Positions 10,531-19,846 of a stretch of DNA of 64,000 nt are shown here, piece by piece. Source of the stretch: Acidobacteriota bacterium. Its GTDB lineage: Bacteria > Acidobacteriota > UBA890 > WLXD01. The notes beneath the pieces were generated by a model, which saw nothing but the letters and a program-made list of their open reading frames with translations, was not told the origin of the DNA and made no database searches. The stretch covers positions 768,001-832,000 of the forward strand of contig CBDBHB010000008.1 in NCBI GenBank assembly GCA_965205505.1, read 5' to 3'. Numbering within the stretch: the stretch's first letter is position 1; each line of letters opens with the position of its first letter. The position numbers and the translations under genes were made by a program.

Positions 10531-11804
10531 ATGGCACCGACTATTCGACCCAACTCGACAACGACTTTGACTGTGGTCTGTCTGGGCACAGCGGTGGCTC
10601 TCATCGCCGCCCTGGGCTACGAGGCAGTGACCGCCGCAAGGGCTCAGAGGGAAACCGTCGAGAGCGTGCTGCGACTACGCCGAACTGGCCGCCGAGCAGT
10701 ACGCGAGCAGCGTGTCGATGGCCCTGGATTACGAGTGGTTCTATCCTGTGTTCCGCGTTCTCAGCGTCGATGCGGACGGACTCCACGCTCCGGGCGCGCA
10801 CGAAATGATCGAGGCGCAGACGGGTCGACAGCGGCTGGGTGACCTGGCGGCAGGGCTATTCCTGGTGGAACTGAAGAGCGGCGCAATCGTGCAACCGAAC
10901 AACTGGCCGTCGGCCGCCCTGGATCAGAGACTCGAGGACGCGGCTCAGCACCATGCCCTGGTGGCCAGCGATCGCGGCTGGCCGGTAACGATGGGGGTCG
11001 TCGGGGGCAGTCAAGCGCAGGTGTTTTTAGTGCTCCGGACCCTTGGCGAGCCGAGCGCGATCTCTGGATTCACCGCACCGCTCTCCGCACTGGGCCACGT
11101 ACTCGGCTCGACACTACGAGCCGACCGGGTTCTTCCCAGCAGCCTCACCGACAAGGTCCCCGCTGAGGAGCTCGTAGCGATTCGGATCTCCACGCCTGAC
11201 GGCAACCTGCTGTTCGAAACCGGTCCGGCGTTCGATCCGACTTTCGCGGCAACGACAACGCTGGGCCCACGGCTCGCCGATCTGCGGCTGGAGGCCGCCA
11301 TCCCGCCCGATGCAGCGCCTCGGTTGGTGATCGGTGGATTGCCGCGATCGCGACTTCCCACGGTGGTTGCCATGTTGACCATCGCAGTTGGGCTCCTCGG
11401 GGCGAGCGTGTTGCTGTCGCGGCGCCAGCGTCGCGCTCGAGGCACCGTCACCGGTGATTGCGCACGCCGATCGGGACATGGTGCGCCAGGTCCTGCTGAA
11501 CCTGCTGGACAACGCCACGAAGTACGGGCCCTCGGGCCAGCGCGTGACCGTCTCTGCCCACGAGGACGGCGGCTCGAGCGCTTTTCTGACAGTCGACGAC
11601 GAGGGCCCGGGTGTGGCGGCCTCGCACCGACCGCTCGTCTGGGGTCGGTTCTGGCGCGGCCCTGACACCGGCAACACCACCGGGACGGGTATCGGCCTGG
11701 CCCTGGTAAAGGAGCTCGTGATGTTGAACAAGGGTGACGTCGACGTACAGGAGGCGCCGGGCGGCGGGGCTCGGTTCAGAGTCACGCTGCCAGGAGTCGA
11801 CTAG
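10531..11804 (+). pseudogene. Sensor histidine kinase, frameshifted (~10672) and lacking the HisKA/H-box region (internal deletion at ~11425)
   Basis: Three frames give TM1 (10531-), the sensor domain plus TM2 (10712-), and HATPase_c (QVLLNLLDNATKY, DEGPG, GTGIGL). No SHELRTP-type motif lies between TM2 and the ATPase domain. Confidence 0.75.
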
Positions 11805-12496
11805 TGCTGCGCGTGCTCGTGGTCGAGGACAACGCCGACCTGGCGTACGGACTACGAAACAACCTCGAGATCGAGGGCTACGTGGTGGACGTTGCCAGGG
11901 ATGGCGAGGCCGGACTGCGCCTGGCGCGTCGAGCTGGTTTCGACGCGCCCGATCTGATCATTCTGGATGTGATGCTCCCCAAGCTCGACGGGTTCCGCGT
12001 GCTGCGCACGCTCCGCAACGAGAACAACTCGGTCCCAACCCTGCTGCTTACGGCGCGTGGTGAAGAGTCCGATGTAGTCCGGGGACTACGACTCAGGGCA
12101 GATGACTACGTCACCAAGCCCTTTGGGATTCTCGAGCTGCTGGCGCGGGTGGAAGCGTTACTGCGACGCGCCGAAACAGCCGCGGAGCCGGCTCGGATCC
12201 AGGGCTACGGTGAGGTTCGCATCGACCTGGCGGCGAGGACCGTCGAGCGCGACGGCCGAAAAATATCGCTGACACCGAAGGAATTCGACTTGCTGGTCGC
12301 GTTGCTGCGCCGGAAGGGGGCGGCGGCATCGAGAGCCGAGCTGATCCGGGAGGTGTGGGGCTACCCGGCGTCGGTCGTCACACGTACCGTCGATACGCAT
12401 ATCGCCGAGCTCCGAGCCAAGCTCGAGGCCGACGCCTCGGCACCACGGCACATCCTCACCGTCCCGAGGATCGGCTATCGGCTGGCACCCGAGTAG
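11804..12496 (+). CDS. OmpR/PhoB-family response regulator
   Basis: VLVVED, LDVMLP, ADDYVTKPF, LTPKEFDLL, RTVDTHI, GYRL. Confidence 0.95.
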   Translation: MLRVLVVEDNADLAYGLRNNLEIEGYVVDVARDGEAGLRLARRAGFDAPDLIILDVMLPKLDGFRVLRTLRNENNSVPTLLLTARGEESDVVRGLRLRADDYVTKPFGILELLARVEALLRRAETAAEPARIQGYGEVRIDLAARTVERDGRKISLTPKEFDLLVALLRRKGAAASRAELIREVWGYPASVVTRTVDTHIAELRAKLEADASAPRHILTVPRIGYRLAPE

Positions 12497-12537
12497 CTCC
12501 TCGAAGGCCGGCGTTTGCAGCGCAGCGCATGCAGGAG

Positions 12538-13533
12538 TTAGGAAGGCTTTCTGGCGAGCTCCCTGAGCACCGCGATCGCCACAGCCGCAGCATTGCGCGC
12601 CGCCATCCGGCCGAAGCTTGCGTAGCGGTTCGGGCCGTGGCGGCCGCCGGCCAGATCCGACAGACTGCGCACGGCGATATAGGGCAGCTCACTGGAATAC
12701 GCTACGTGCGCCACTGCGGCGGTCTCCATGTCGAGCACGTCGGGCTGGAAAGCCTCCCAGATGAAATCTCGGTACGCCTCGTGATCGACGAAGGTCGGAC
12801 CGCTCACGCCGCTGCCGTCGATCACCGTCCGCGGCTCGCTATCGACGCACTGATCCTGTTCATTGCACCGCTCCAGCGGTGGCGCGCCGCCGAGCGCGCG
12901 GCGAGCAGCGAGGAGCAACTTCTCGTCGGCCGGGAACCACAGCATCAACTCGGCATCATCGGGCTGGCCGCTATGCCGGGTCACCCGCACCTTCCCGGGG
13001 TACATCATCCCGAAGTTGCCGAGACCACGACGACGACCCCGCTCGCGGTCGTCGGTAAAAGCGTGCTCCTGATACTGGGCCCACTGCGCCGGAATCGTAA
13101 CCGAACCGATTCCGATATCTGGCCTCACCCCACCTGCTATGCCGACCATGACGATCCCCTCGAGGGTGTAGTGGTGGATCGCTTCCTGCGTGCTCATGGT
13201 GGCGTTCACCATGCTCACCCCTCCGGCCAGCAGCACTACGTCGGCGCCAGCAAGGCGTCCAGAACGGTAGGTGCGGCCGCTGATGGCACGCTCGTGCTCG
13301 ATCTCGGCGACGGCCAGCAGCGGATCGAGCTCGACCTGCATCGCCGTGATCACCAGCCACCGGGGAGTGTCGTCCACCCGCGTGTGGTGAAGACTCACCC
13401 CTGCCGCGCCCGGGGTCCGCGCCGCCCGGCCCGCACCGACGCTATCCAGTGCCTGTTGCCCTCCCGAGCAGCCGAAGATCGCCAGAGCCAGCGCGCCAAT
13501 CAGCGGCGTGCCAAGCGTCCCGGTTCCAAGCAC
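12538..13533 (-). CDS. MTA/SAH nucleosidase (PNP_UDP_1) family lipoprotein
   Basis: ITAMQVE, GVSMVNA, GIAGG, DMETAAVA and RSLSDLAG motifs; lipobox-like LAIFGC. Confidence 0.8.
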   Translation of the reverse strand: MLGTGTLGTPLIGALALAIFGCSGGQQALDSVGAGRAARTPGAAGVSLHHTRVDDTPRWLVITAMQVELDPLLAVAEIEHERAISGRTYRSGRLAGADVVLLAGGVSMVNATMSTQEAIHHYTLEGIVMVGIAGGVRPDIGIGSVTIPAQWAQYQEHAFTDDRERGRRRGLGNFGMMYPGKVRVTRHSGQPDDAELMLWFPADEKLLLAARRALGGAPPLERCNEQDQCVDSEPRTVIDGSGVSGPTFVDHEAYRDFIWEAFQPDVLDMETAAVAHVAYSSELPYIAVRSLSDLAGGRHGPNRYASFGRMAARNAAAVAIAVLRELARKPS

Positions 13534-13564
13534 GCTGTACCTCCGCGGGTGCCAGTGTCCCTAG

Positions 13565-13835
13565 CAGGCCGTGGTGAAAGTGTGGTGGGTCTGGTTACGG
13601 CGAGTTGGGGCCAGATGCAAGGCGGCCTGACACTGGCGATGCCCTAGCCATCGTCGAGGAAGGCCAACGCCGCAAATGGCCCCAAATCGCCGTACCCCTT
13701 CGGGCGACAGGGGGTTGCGCGCGTTTGCTGCGTCGTTCCTCGTCAACGATGGGGTAACCATCGCCTACTCCTCTCTCCTTGCCTGCACTTCGCAAGTCCC
13801 TGTCGCCAGACCCACCACACTTTCACCACGGCCTG
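13565..13835. mobile_element. 271-bp MITE with perfect 30-bp terminal inverted repeats and CTAG target duplication
   Basis: CAGGCCGTGGTGAAAGTGTGGTGGGTCTGG at 13565-13594 and its exact reverse complement at 13806-13835. CTAG flanks both sides (13561-13564, 13836-13839). No transposase ORF inside. Confidence 0.85.
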
Positions 13836-14366
13836 CTAGTGGGCGATACCGCCTCGATTGCCCAGACTCGCTTCCTTGACCTCTTGGACCAAGGCCTGGA
13901 AGAGAATGCCGATGTCCTTACTGGCCTGGCGAAGCCGCTCCGACACGATCTTGCCGAGACGACGATAAACGACGACGGCGTGCTCAGGGAACGCATTGGC
14001 GAACCGTTCGAACGCCTCTCGATCGAGCTCGAGCAACTGGCAATCGGTATCGGCGATCGCGGTTGCCGAGCGCAGCTGCGAGTCAAACAGCGCCAACTCT
14101 CCGAAACACGACTGTTCCTCGCTCAGCGTCGCGACGGTGTATTGCTCGCCCGCCGGTGTCTTGGTATCGATTCGCACGGTGCCGCTCAACATCATCAGCA
14201 TCGAATCTCCCTCGTCGCCCTCTCGAAGGATGACGCTGCCCGATTGGAAGCTGACGGCCCGAAAACACTCGGAAAGGAACGTCACGGCGCGCTCGTCGGC
14301 ACTCAGAAAGCCGAAGAGCTCCGACGATCGAATGCAGTCGGCGACCTCGGCTGGTCGGGTAGTCAT
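13836..14366 (-). CDS. Stand-alone cyclic nucleotide-binding domain protein
   Basis: LFGFLS, ILREGDEGDSM, FGELALFDSQLRSATAIA phosphate-binding cassette; no Crp HTH. Confidence 0.9.
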   Translation of the reverse strand: MTTRPAEVADCIRSSELFGFLSADERAVTFLSECFRAVSFQSGSVILREGDEGDSMLMMLSGTVRIDTKTPAGEQYTVATLSEEQSCFGELALFDSQLRSATAIADTDCQLLELDREAFERFANAFPEHAVVVYRRLGKIVSERLRQASKDIGILFQALVQEVKEASLGNRGGIAH

Positions 14367-15520
14367 GCGCCCTCGGCTCTCGAGTCCGGCTCGACGATAG
14401 AGCGCCTCTGGATGAGGATCGCCAGGCTGTGGAGGGGGATAACGTAGTCGTCGGCAGGATTGAGCATGGGCACATGGGGTTCCACATGCTTTACGCGACG
14501 CAGGTTCTCCACCAGCTGGGAGATATCGGGCGTGCGCTGAGCCTCGCGCAAGGCCTCGCGTTTGCGCTGCTGTACGTTGCCGGTGTTCTCGACCAGCCCG
14601 ACCAGGAGCGATCCGTCGGCGTCGAGATAGTGCTTCCGCAGCTCGCAGAACGGGCGGCCGACGAACTCTGGCGAAAAGGATGCAGTGATCAGCCCACCGC
14701 CTGATTCTCCAGTCATCAGAGCGTAGAAGATGCCGGAGATCCCCGTGCCCACAGCCGCGTTGGCCAGCAGCACGCGTGAGTTGTGCTGCGTCAAGATCAT
14801 CTCGTCGGCGCCGGCCGCCTCGAGCTGCTTCTGGTACTTGGGATCGAGCAGCTCGGCGCAGACGTAGGCCTCCGGCGCCAGCTCGGCAACGGTAATCACG
14901 GTCATCACCGTGCGCGCGTCGGTCTCAGCGGGAGACTGTGTCCCGGTGTCGTCGGCAAGAACCAGAATGCGGCGCGCTTGGCGGACGTTGGCGCGCGCCA
15001 ACACCGCCTCCTCCAGCGGATCACCGCTCACGAAGTGCAGCTCTCGAAGGTCGGCCTGACCGCGAACGGCCTCCACCTTGTCGGGGTCTACCGAAGCGAT
15101 GATCACGAACGGCTCGGACCGGAGTGACGGGTCGATCGCCACCAGGTCGCGCAGCAGCGCGTCCAAGGCCCCCTTCCATCCGCAGATCACGAAATGGTCC
15201 TTCAGCTGCGATAGATCCGTCATTCCCCGTCCTTCCCTCAAACTGCGCTCCACCCATGCTGACGCGATCCGACCGGTCAGCAATGCCGCGAGCACTACGC
15301 CGGCGAAGGCCAGGCCGACACCGATGACGCGTCCGGCGAGGGTGGTCGGCACGCGATCACCATACCCGACCGTCGTCAGGGTAACGAACGCCCACCAGAC
15401 GGCATCCGAAATCGTTCGCAGGTCAGCATTCTCGCTGCGCTCTACGAGCATCGTCGCCGTTCCGCCGACCAGGGCGGTGACAACGATCGCCACGGCGATT
15501 CGAAGGATTCCGGATTGCAA
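14363..15520 (-). CDS. Two-TM potassium channel with TrkA-N/RCK domain
   Basis: WWAFVTLTTVGYGD selectivity filter followed by HFVICGW Rossmann RCK domain. A GTG near 15569 may be the true start if the G-run at ~15541 has one extra base. Confidence 0.9.
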   Translation of the reverse strand: MQSGILRIAVAIVVTALVGGTATMLVERSENADLRTISDAVWWAFVTLTTVGYGDRVPTTLAGRVIGVGLAFAGVVLAALLTGRIASAWVERSLREGRGMTDLSQLKDHFVICGWKGALDALLRDLVAIDPSLRSEPFVIIASVDPDKVEAVRGQADLRELHFVSGDPLEEAVLARANVRQARRILVLADDTGTQSPAETDARTVMTVITVAELAPEAYVCAELLDPKYQKQLEAAGADEMILTQHNSRVLLANAAVGTGISGIFYALMTGESGGGLITASFSPEFVGRPFCELRKHYLDADGSLLVGLVENTGNVQQRKREALREAQRTPDISQLVENLRRVKHVEPHVPMLNPADDYVIPLHSLAILIQRRSIVEPDSRAEGA

Positions 15521-15900
15521 CAGATAGGTGATGAGAACCGCCCCTCCGACCTTTCGTGAACGCGCTCACCACCTGCGATCGTCCTGGCGGCGAAAGCTGT
15601 CTGATTGTGCCCGCTTTCGGCCCGCACCGACAACCCGGCCACTGCCCGTCAACGCCACGGGCTAGCCCTTGCTGGATAGGCCTCTGAGGATCGGCAGCCG
15701 GCGCATCCGTGTCGACTTGACGTCGTTTTATCGCCAGGGTCGAAACACATCGGCGTTTGACTGGTAATCTATACGCACACGTCGAAGCTGATGGACGGCG
15801 AGTGATTCTCTGCTCGCTTGCTCAAGGTTGAGCGAACAGTGCCGATGGTCGGCGCCACACCCGTACCCAACAGCATTCGCAATTGCAAGGAAGAGCAGTA

Positions 15901-16101
15901 ATGGCCGAAGGCACCGTAAAGTGGTTCAACGACACCAAAGGCTTCGGATTCATCGCGCAGGAGGGTGGCGAGGACGTCTTCGTCCACCAGACCGCGATCG
16001 CGATGGAAGGACACCGGACTCTGATGGAGAACCAGAAGGTCCAGTTCGATATCCAGCAAGGCCCCAAGGGTCTGCAGGCTGCGAACGTTCGTCTTCTGTA
16101 G
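15901..16101 (+). CDS. cspA: Cold-shock protein
   Basis: [30 protein letters not shown]; 66 aa. Confidence 0.95.
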   Translation: MAEGTVKWFNDTKGFGFIAQEGGEDVFVHQTAIAMEGHRTLMENQKVQFDIQQGPKGLQAANVRLL

Positions 16102-16155
16102 ATAGCCTTACCGCTGCCGCAAACCGTTAACGTGGCGGGCGGTGGCAGGTATTGC

Positions 16156-16196
16156 GGCGCCGTCCCGCTCCCGTGCGGGACGGCGCCTTTCGTTTT
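16156..16196 (+). terminator. Intrinsic terminator of cspA
   Basis: 13-bp stem GGCGCCGTCCCGC / GCGGGACGGCGCC followed by TTTCGTTTT. Confidence 0.85.
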
Positions 16197-16213
16197 GGGG
16201 CCTCCGCTCGCGG

Positions 16214-16747
16214 CTAGCCGGCGCTGCTACTGAGCCCAGGATTCGCCTTCGAGTGATCCTGAACTCCCCTCACCAGCAAGTAGGCGCCCACGGCGAGCGG
16301 GAACACCGGCCACCAGCTCTCGATCCAGTGAAGCGAGAAGCCGAACAGCGTGTTCGACAACGCCACGAGGCCGAACAGCACCAGCATTGCCCCACCGACG
16401 ATCGAGCCACCCGTTGCCGGCATCTGGAAGTCCTCTGGCAACTCGATGATCTCGGTGCCGGTGGCTGCGTGGTTGTAGAGGGCCGCGAGGCGACCGGCAT
16501 CGATGACGTTGAACAGCCAGAAGAAGAACGTTGCCATGCCGGGGATCGGCTCGAGGCCCCTGGGCGCGTTGTTGGCCACCACCAAGAGCATCAAGAACAC
16601 GGCGGCCATCAGGAAGCCACGCGTGTAGTAGCCGATGTAGATCTGACCGAGGCCAGGGGCAGCAGAGAGGATTGCGGCCATGCGTGGCGATTTCTGCCGT
16701 GGGTCGAATAGCTGCCGTTGCTCAAAGGAAGGTGTGGATTGTTCCAT
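16214..16747 (-). CDS. Membrane protein (TM2-like N-terminus, LiaF/DUF5668-like C-terminus) in ECF operon
   Basis: KSPRMAAILSAAPGLGQIYIG and WWPVFPLAVGAYLL; overlaps the anti-sigma gene. Confidence 0.65.
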   Translation of the reverse strand: MEQSTPSFEQRQLFDPRQKSPRMAAILSAAPGLGQIYIGYYTRGFLMAAVFLMLLVVANNAPRGLEPIPGMATFFFWLFNVIDAGRLAALYNHAATGTEIIELPEDFQMPATGGSIVGGAMLVLFGLVALSNTLFGFSLHWIESWWPVFPLAVGAYLLVRGVQDHSKANPGLSSSAG

Positions 16748-17627
16748 CGTTATGCTCTCTTGTCGGGTCACCGCCGTCGATAAGCGCTAGCACCCAGCGG
16801 CGCAGGCTATCGATCGATTCGATGACGGGTTCCACGTGATCTCGCCATGACCTGACGATCCGTTCTTCGCCGGCTCGGCGCCAGCACTGCATGATGTCGC
16901 TCCAGCTATCGTGGCCTCTTGGCCGCGGCTCACAAATGTCGACGGAGGCAGCAATGTCGACGGAGGCAGCTAGCCGCTGTGCAGAATCGGTCCATGCACG
17001 ACGGCCCTCAGTGACCAGCTGAGACGCACCCGCAACCACGGCTTCCTGCGCTTCCGTACGCTGCGCGAGCCCGGTCAGCAGTCGCGCTGGCACCTCGGCG
17101 AGCGGAGCGCCGGGAAATCCGACCACCAAGAACAGCGCCAACGTCCCGGCGTAGGCCCCCTCCAGCGCAAGCCGCGGGCGCCGCGCCACGCGCTCCCATG
17201 GCGAGCGTCGTTGTCGCAGGCGCGTCGTAAGGCCCATCACCTCGTCGACGAAGTCGTCGTCTGGCTCGAGCTCCGCCATCAGCGGCAGCTCGTGCCGCAG
17301 GAGCTCGAGCACCAGACCCAGAGTGCGGCATTCCGCGCAGCTCTCCAGGTGCAGCTCCAGCGCCTCGTCCGCCTCGTGCAAGGCGGCGACGGCGCGTTCG
17401 CTGCTGAGAAACTGGGCGCGCCTGCAGGAGCTTCCGGAGGTTGCTGCCAGGATCGACGAGGTCAAGTCGGCCGGCTCAACGACGGACGCACGGCCCTGCG
17501 CCGCCGCCTGCAATTCTCGACAAGCTCGACAGCTGGCCGCGTGGGCGCGCATCGGCTCCCCGTCAGCAGCGTCGAGGGTCCCCTCGAGTTGCTTGATCAA
17601 CGCCAGTTCGAACCGCACGCAGTCCAT
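16722..17627 (-). CDS. Zinc-finger (zf-HC2/ZAS) anti-sigma factor with two HxxxCxxC motifs and one TM helix
   Basis: MDC...HAASCRAC and SC...HLESCAEC; immediately downstream of the ECF sigma gene. Confidence 0.8.
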   Translation of the reverse strand: MDCVRFELALIKQLEGTLDAADGEPMRAHAASCRACRELQAAAQGRASVVEPADLTSSILAATSGSSCRRAQFLSSERAVAALHEADEALELHLESCAECRTLGLVLELLRHELPLMAELEPDDDFVDEVMGLTTRLRQRRSPWERVARRPRLALEGAYAGTLALFLVVGFPGAPLAEVPARLLTGLAQRTEAQEAVVAGASQLVTEGRRAWTDSAQRLAASVDIAASVDICEPRPRGHDSWSDIMQCWRRAGEERIVRSWRDHVEPVIESIDSLRRWVLALIDGGDPTREHNDGTIHTFL

Positions 17628-17630
17628 CGA

Positions 17631-18190
17631 TCAGACTCCGAACGACGGGTCGAGCTCGAGCATGCGTCGTGCGAGCTCGAACCGGGCCCGATTGGCACGC
17701 GCCTTGACGGTGCCGAGCGGAATCGATAGCAGGTCGCATATCTCGCGCTGCTTGAGTCCCTGGATCTCCTACAGCAGGATCATCTCTCGATTGATCGAGC
17801 TCATCTGGTCGATCGCTCGGTGCATCACTTCGCGCTGCTCGCCAGCGATGCTGCTGGCCTCGGGCCCCGGCGACGGATCCGGCCCGGCGAGCCGATCGTC
17901 GACCGGCGCACCCGACAGAGCTGGTCGCGCCTGCAGGTGTCGCAGCCGATCGATGCTGGCATTGCGCGCGATCCTCACCGCCCAGGCAAGGAAGCTGCCA
18001 CTGCGGTCGAAGCTCGCGAGGCCTCTGTAGATGTGCACGAAGGTCTCCTGCGCCACGTCGCGTGCCTCCTCCCGGTCGCGAGATAATGATAGGCCACCGC
18101 GAACACTCGTCCCTGGTGGCGACGCACCAGAGCCTCCCAGGCGATCTCATCGCCGTCACGACACCGCGCCAACAGAGTCTGGAGTTCCAC
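17631..18190 (-). pseudogene. ECF RNA polymerase sigma factor interrupted by a frameshift (~18080) and an in-frame TAG (17769-17771)
   Basis: GDEIAWEALVRRHQGRV / DVAQETF / FLAWAVRIARNASIDRLR / LL*EIQGLKQREICDLLSIPLGTVKARANRAR. May be intact in vivo if the lesions are sequencing errors. Confidence 0.8.
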
Positions 18191-18435
18191 CAAATCCCTT
18201 TTCGTCTTCGCCGGTGGCAAAGTCACATGGACGCTGCGGGGCACCCCCCCCCCCCGCAGTTGTCACCAGCACTAACGTACCGGCAGGCAAAAGGTTCGGT
18301 CGATAACGCCGTCGCGCAGCACTGCCTTGACGGCGGAGCAAGATCCCCCGTCAATCGCCGGATGGCGATCTAATGCTATCGTTGCTCGCTGCTGTACCCT
18401 CGTGATCAGGTGAATCGACACTGCAGGAGGATTCG

Positions 18436-18930
18436 ATGTTGTCGAAGACAGACTCTTTCGTATGCGCCGGACGAATTGGTCGCATAGCGGTTTTGCCACT
18501 ACTGACTCTGGCCCTGGCCGCCTGCGGCGGCGCCGGTGACAACGCGCCGGAAGCTGACGAACCTCCGCCGATCGAAGACACCAACGCCGCACCGCGCGCA
18601 TTTTTCGCGGAACCCGCCAATGGCGCCACCGTGCAGGCACCGGTCCACCTGGTATTCGGCGCCGAGAACTTCACCATCGAGCCCGCCGGTGACGAAACCG
18701 TCCACCAGGGCGCCGGCCACATGCACATCGGCATCGACACCGTGTGCCTGCCTGCGGGTACGGTAATTCCAAAGGCCAGCCCGTGGGTCCACTTCGGCGA
18801 TGGTTCCATGGAGATCGACGTCGATCTGACCCCTGGCGAGCACACCATCGCGCTACAGATCGGCGACGGCGAGCACCGCACCCTCGACGAGCCCGGGCTC
18901 TGCAACTTGATCACATTCACCGTCGAGTAA
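18436..18930 (+). CDS. DUF4399 domain lipoprotein
   Basis: GGAGG RBS, lipobox LAAC, FFAEPANGATV, GHMHIGID, HFGDG, LTPGEHTIALQIGDGEH. Confidence 0.85.
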   Translation: MLSKTDSFVCAGRIGRIAVLPLLTLALAACGGAGDNAPEADEPPPIEDTNAAPRAFFAEPANGATVQAPVHLVFGAENFTIEPAGDETVHQGAGHMHIGIDTVCLPAGTVIPKASPWVHFGDGSMEIDVDLTPGEHTIALQIGDGEHRTLDEPGLCNLITFTVE

Positions 18931-19198
18931 CGCGAAACCAGGCGACGTCCGGCCGCTTCACGACCCGACGCTGGAAGTCGCCCACGGCTTGAAACCATCA
19001 GCACCACCGCGGAAAACCGACGCCCGCCGGAACAAACCTGTGGCATTGGCCTGGTGTTTCGGTCGTGATCCTGTTACTTGATACAGGCTGAAGGTACTAG
19101 GAGACGGCTGCGAACGAACCACATACGGATGCGCCGTTGCGCGAGGTCTCGTCGCAACGGAGATGCGGACGTGTTTGGCTGCAACGAGGTGACTTTCT

Positions 19199-19846
19199 AT
19201 GTCTGAGGTGGAGATCATCACCGACGCTGATCCGGCCGTTTCGCGGCGGAACTTCATCAAGGGGGTAATCGCCAGCGGCGCTGCCGTGTCCTCTGCGGCG
19301 TATCTGTTTCGCGGCGCCGGGACCGCCACGGCCCAGGGGACCGCGGGCGCCGTGGAGCGCCTCATCACGCTGACCGTCAACGGCCAGCAGCGCAGGGTCG
19401 ACATCCTGCCGCAGGAAACCCTCGCCATGACCCTACGCTACAAGCTCGGGCTTACGGGCACCAAGCTGGGCTGCGACCGGGCGGAGTGCGGCGCCTGCAC
19501 ACTGCTGATCGACGGTGTGCCCCACTACTCGTGTTCGGTGCTCACCCACAGCGTGCGCGGGCGCGAGGTGGTTTCGATCGAGGGTCTTGCGAGCGCCACG
19601 GGTGAGCTTCACCCGGTACAGCAGGCGGTCGTCGATGGCGGCGGCTTCCAGTGCGCGTTCTGCGCCCCCGGGTTCATCATGAGCATGGTGGCGCTGGTCG
19701 ACCAGAATCCCGATCCCACCCGCGAGGAGGCCGCTCACGCGCTGTCTGGCAACCTCTGTCGGTGCTGCGACTACCACAAGATTCTCGACTGCACCATGGA
19801 GGCCGCGCGATACACGCGTGAAGGCGTGCCAGCGGAGGCGAACTGA
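19199..19846 (+). CDS. Xanthine dehydrogenase family (2Fe-2S) subunit with Tat signal (PaoA/YagT-like)
   Basis: SRRNFIKG twin-arginine motif; GCDRAECGACT...C and QCAFC...NLCRC. Confidence 0.9.
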   Translation: MSEVEIITDADPAVSRRNFIKGVIASGAAVSSAAYLFRGAGTATAQGTAGAVERLITLTVNGQQRRVDILPQETLAMTLRYKLGLTGTKLGCDRAECGACTLLIDGVPHYSCSVLTHSVRGREVVSIEGLASATGELHPVQQAVVDGGGFQCAFCAPGFIMSMVALVDQNPDPTREEAAHALSGNLCRCCDYHKILDCTMEAARYTREGVPAEAN

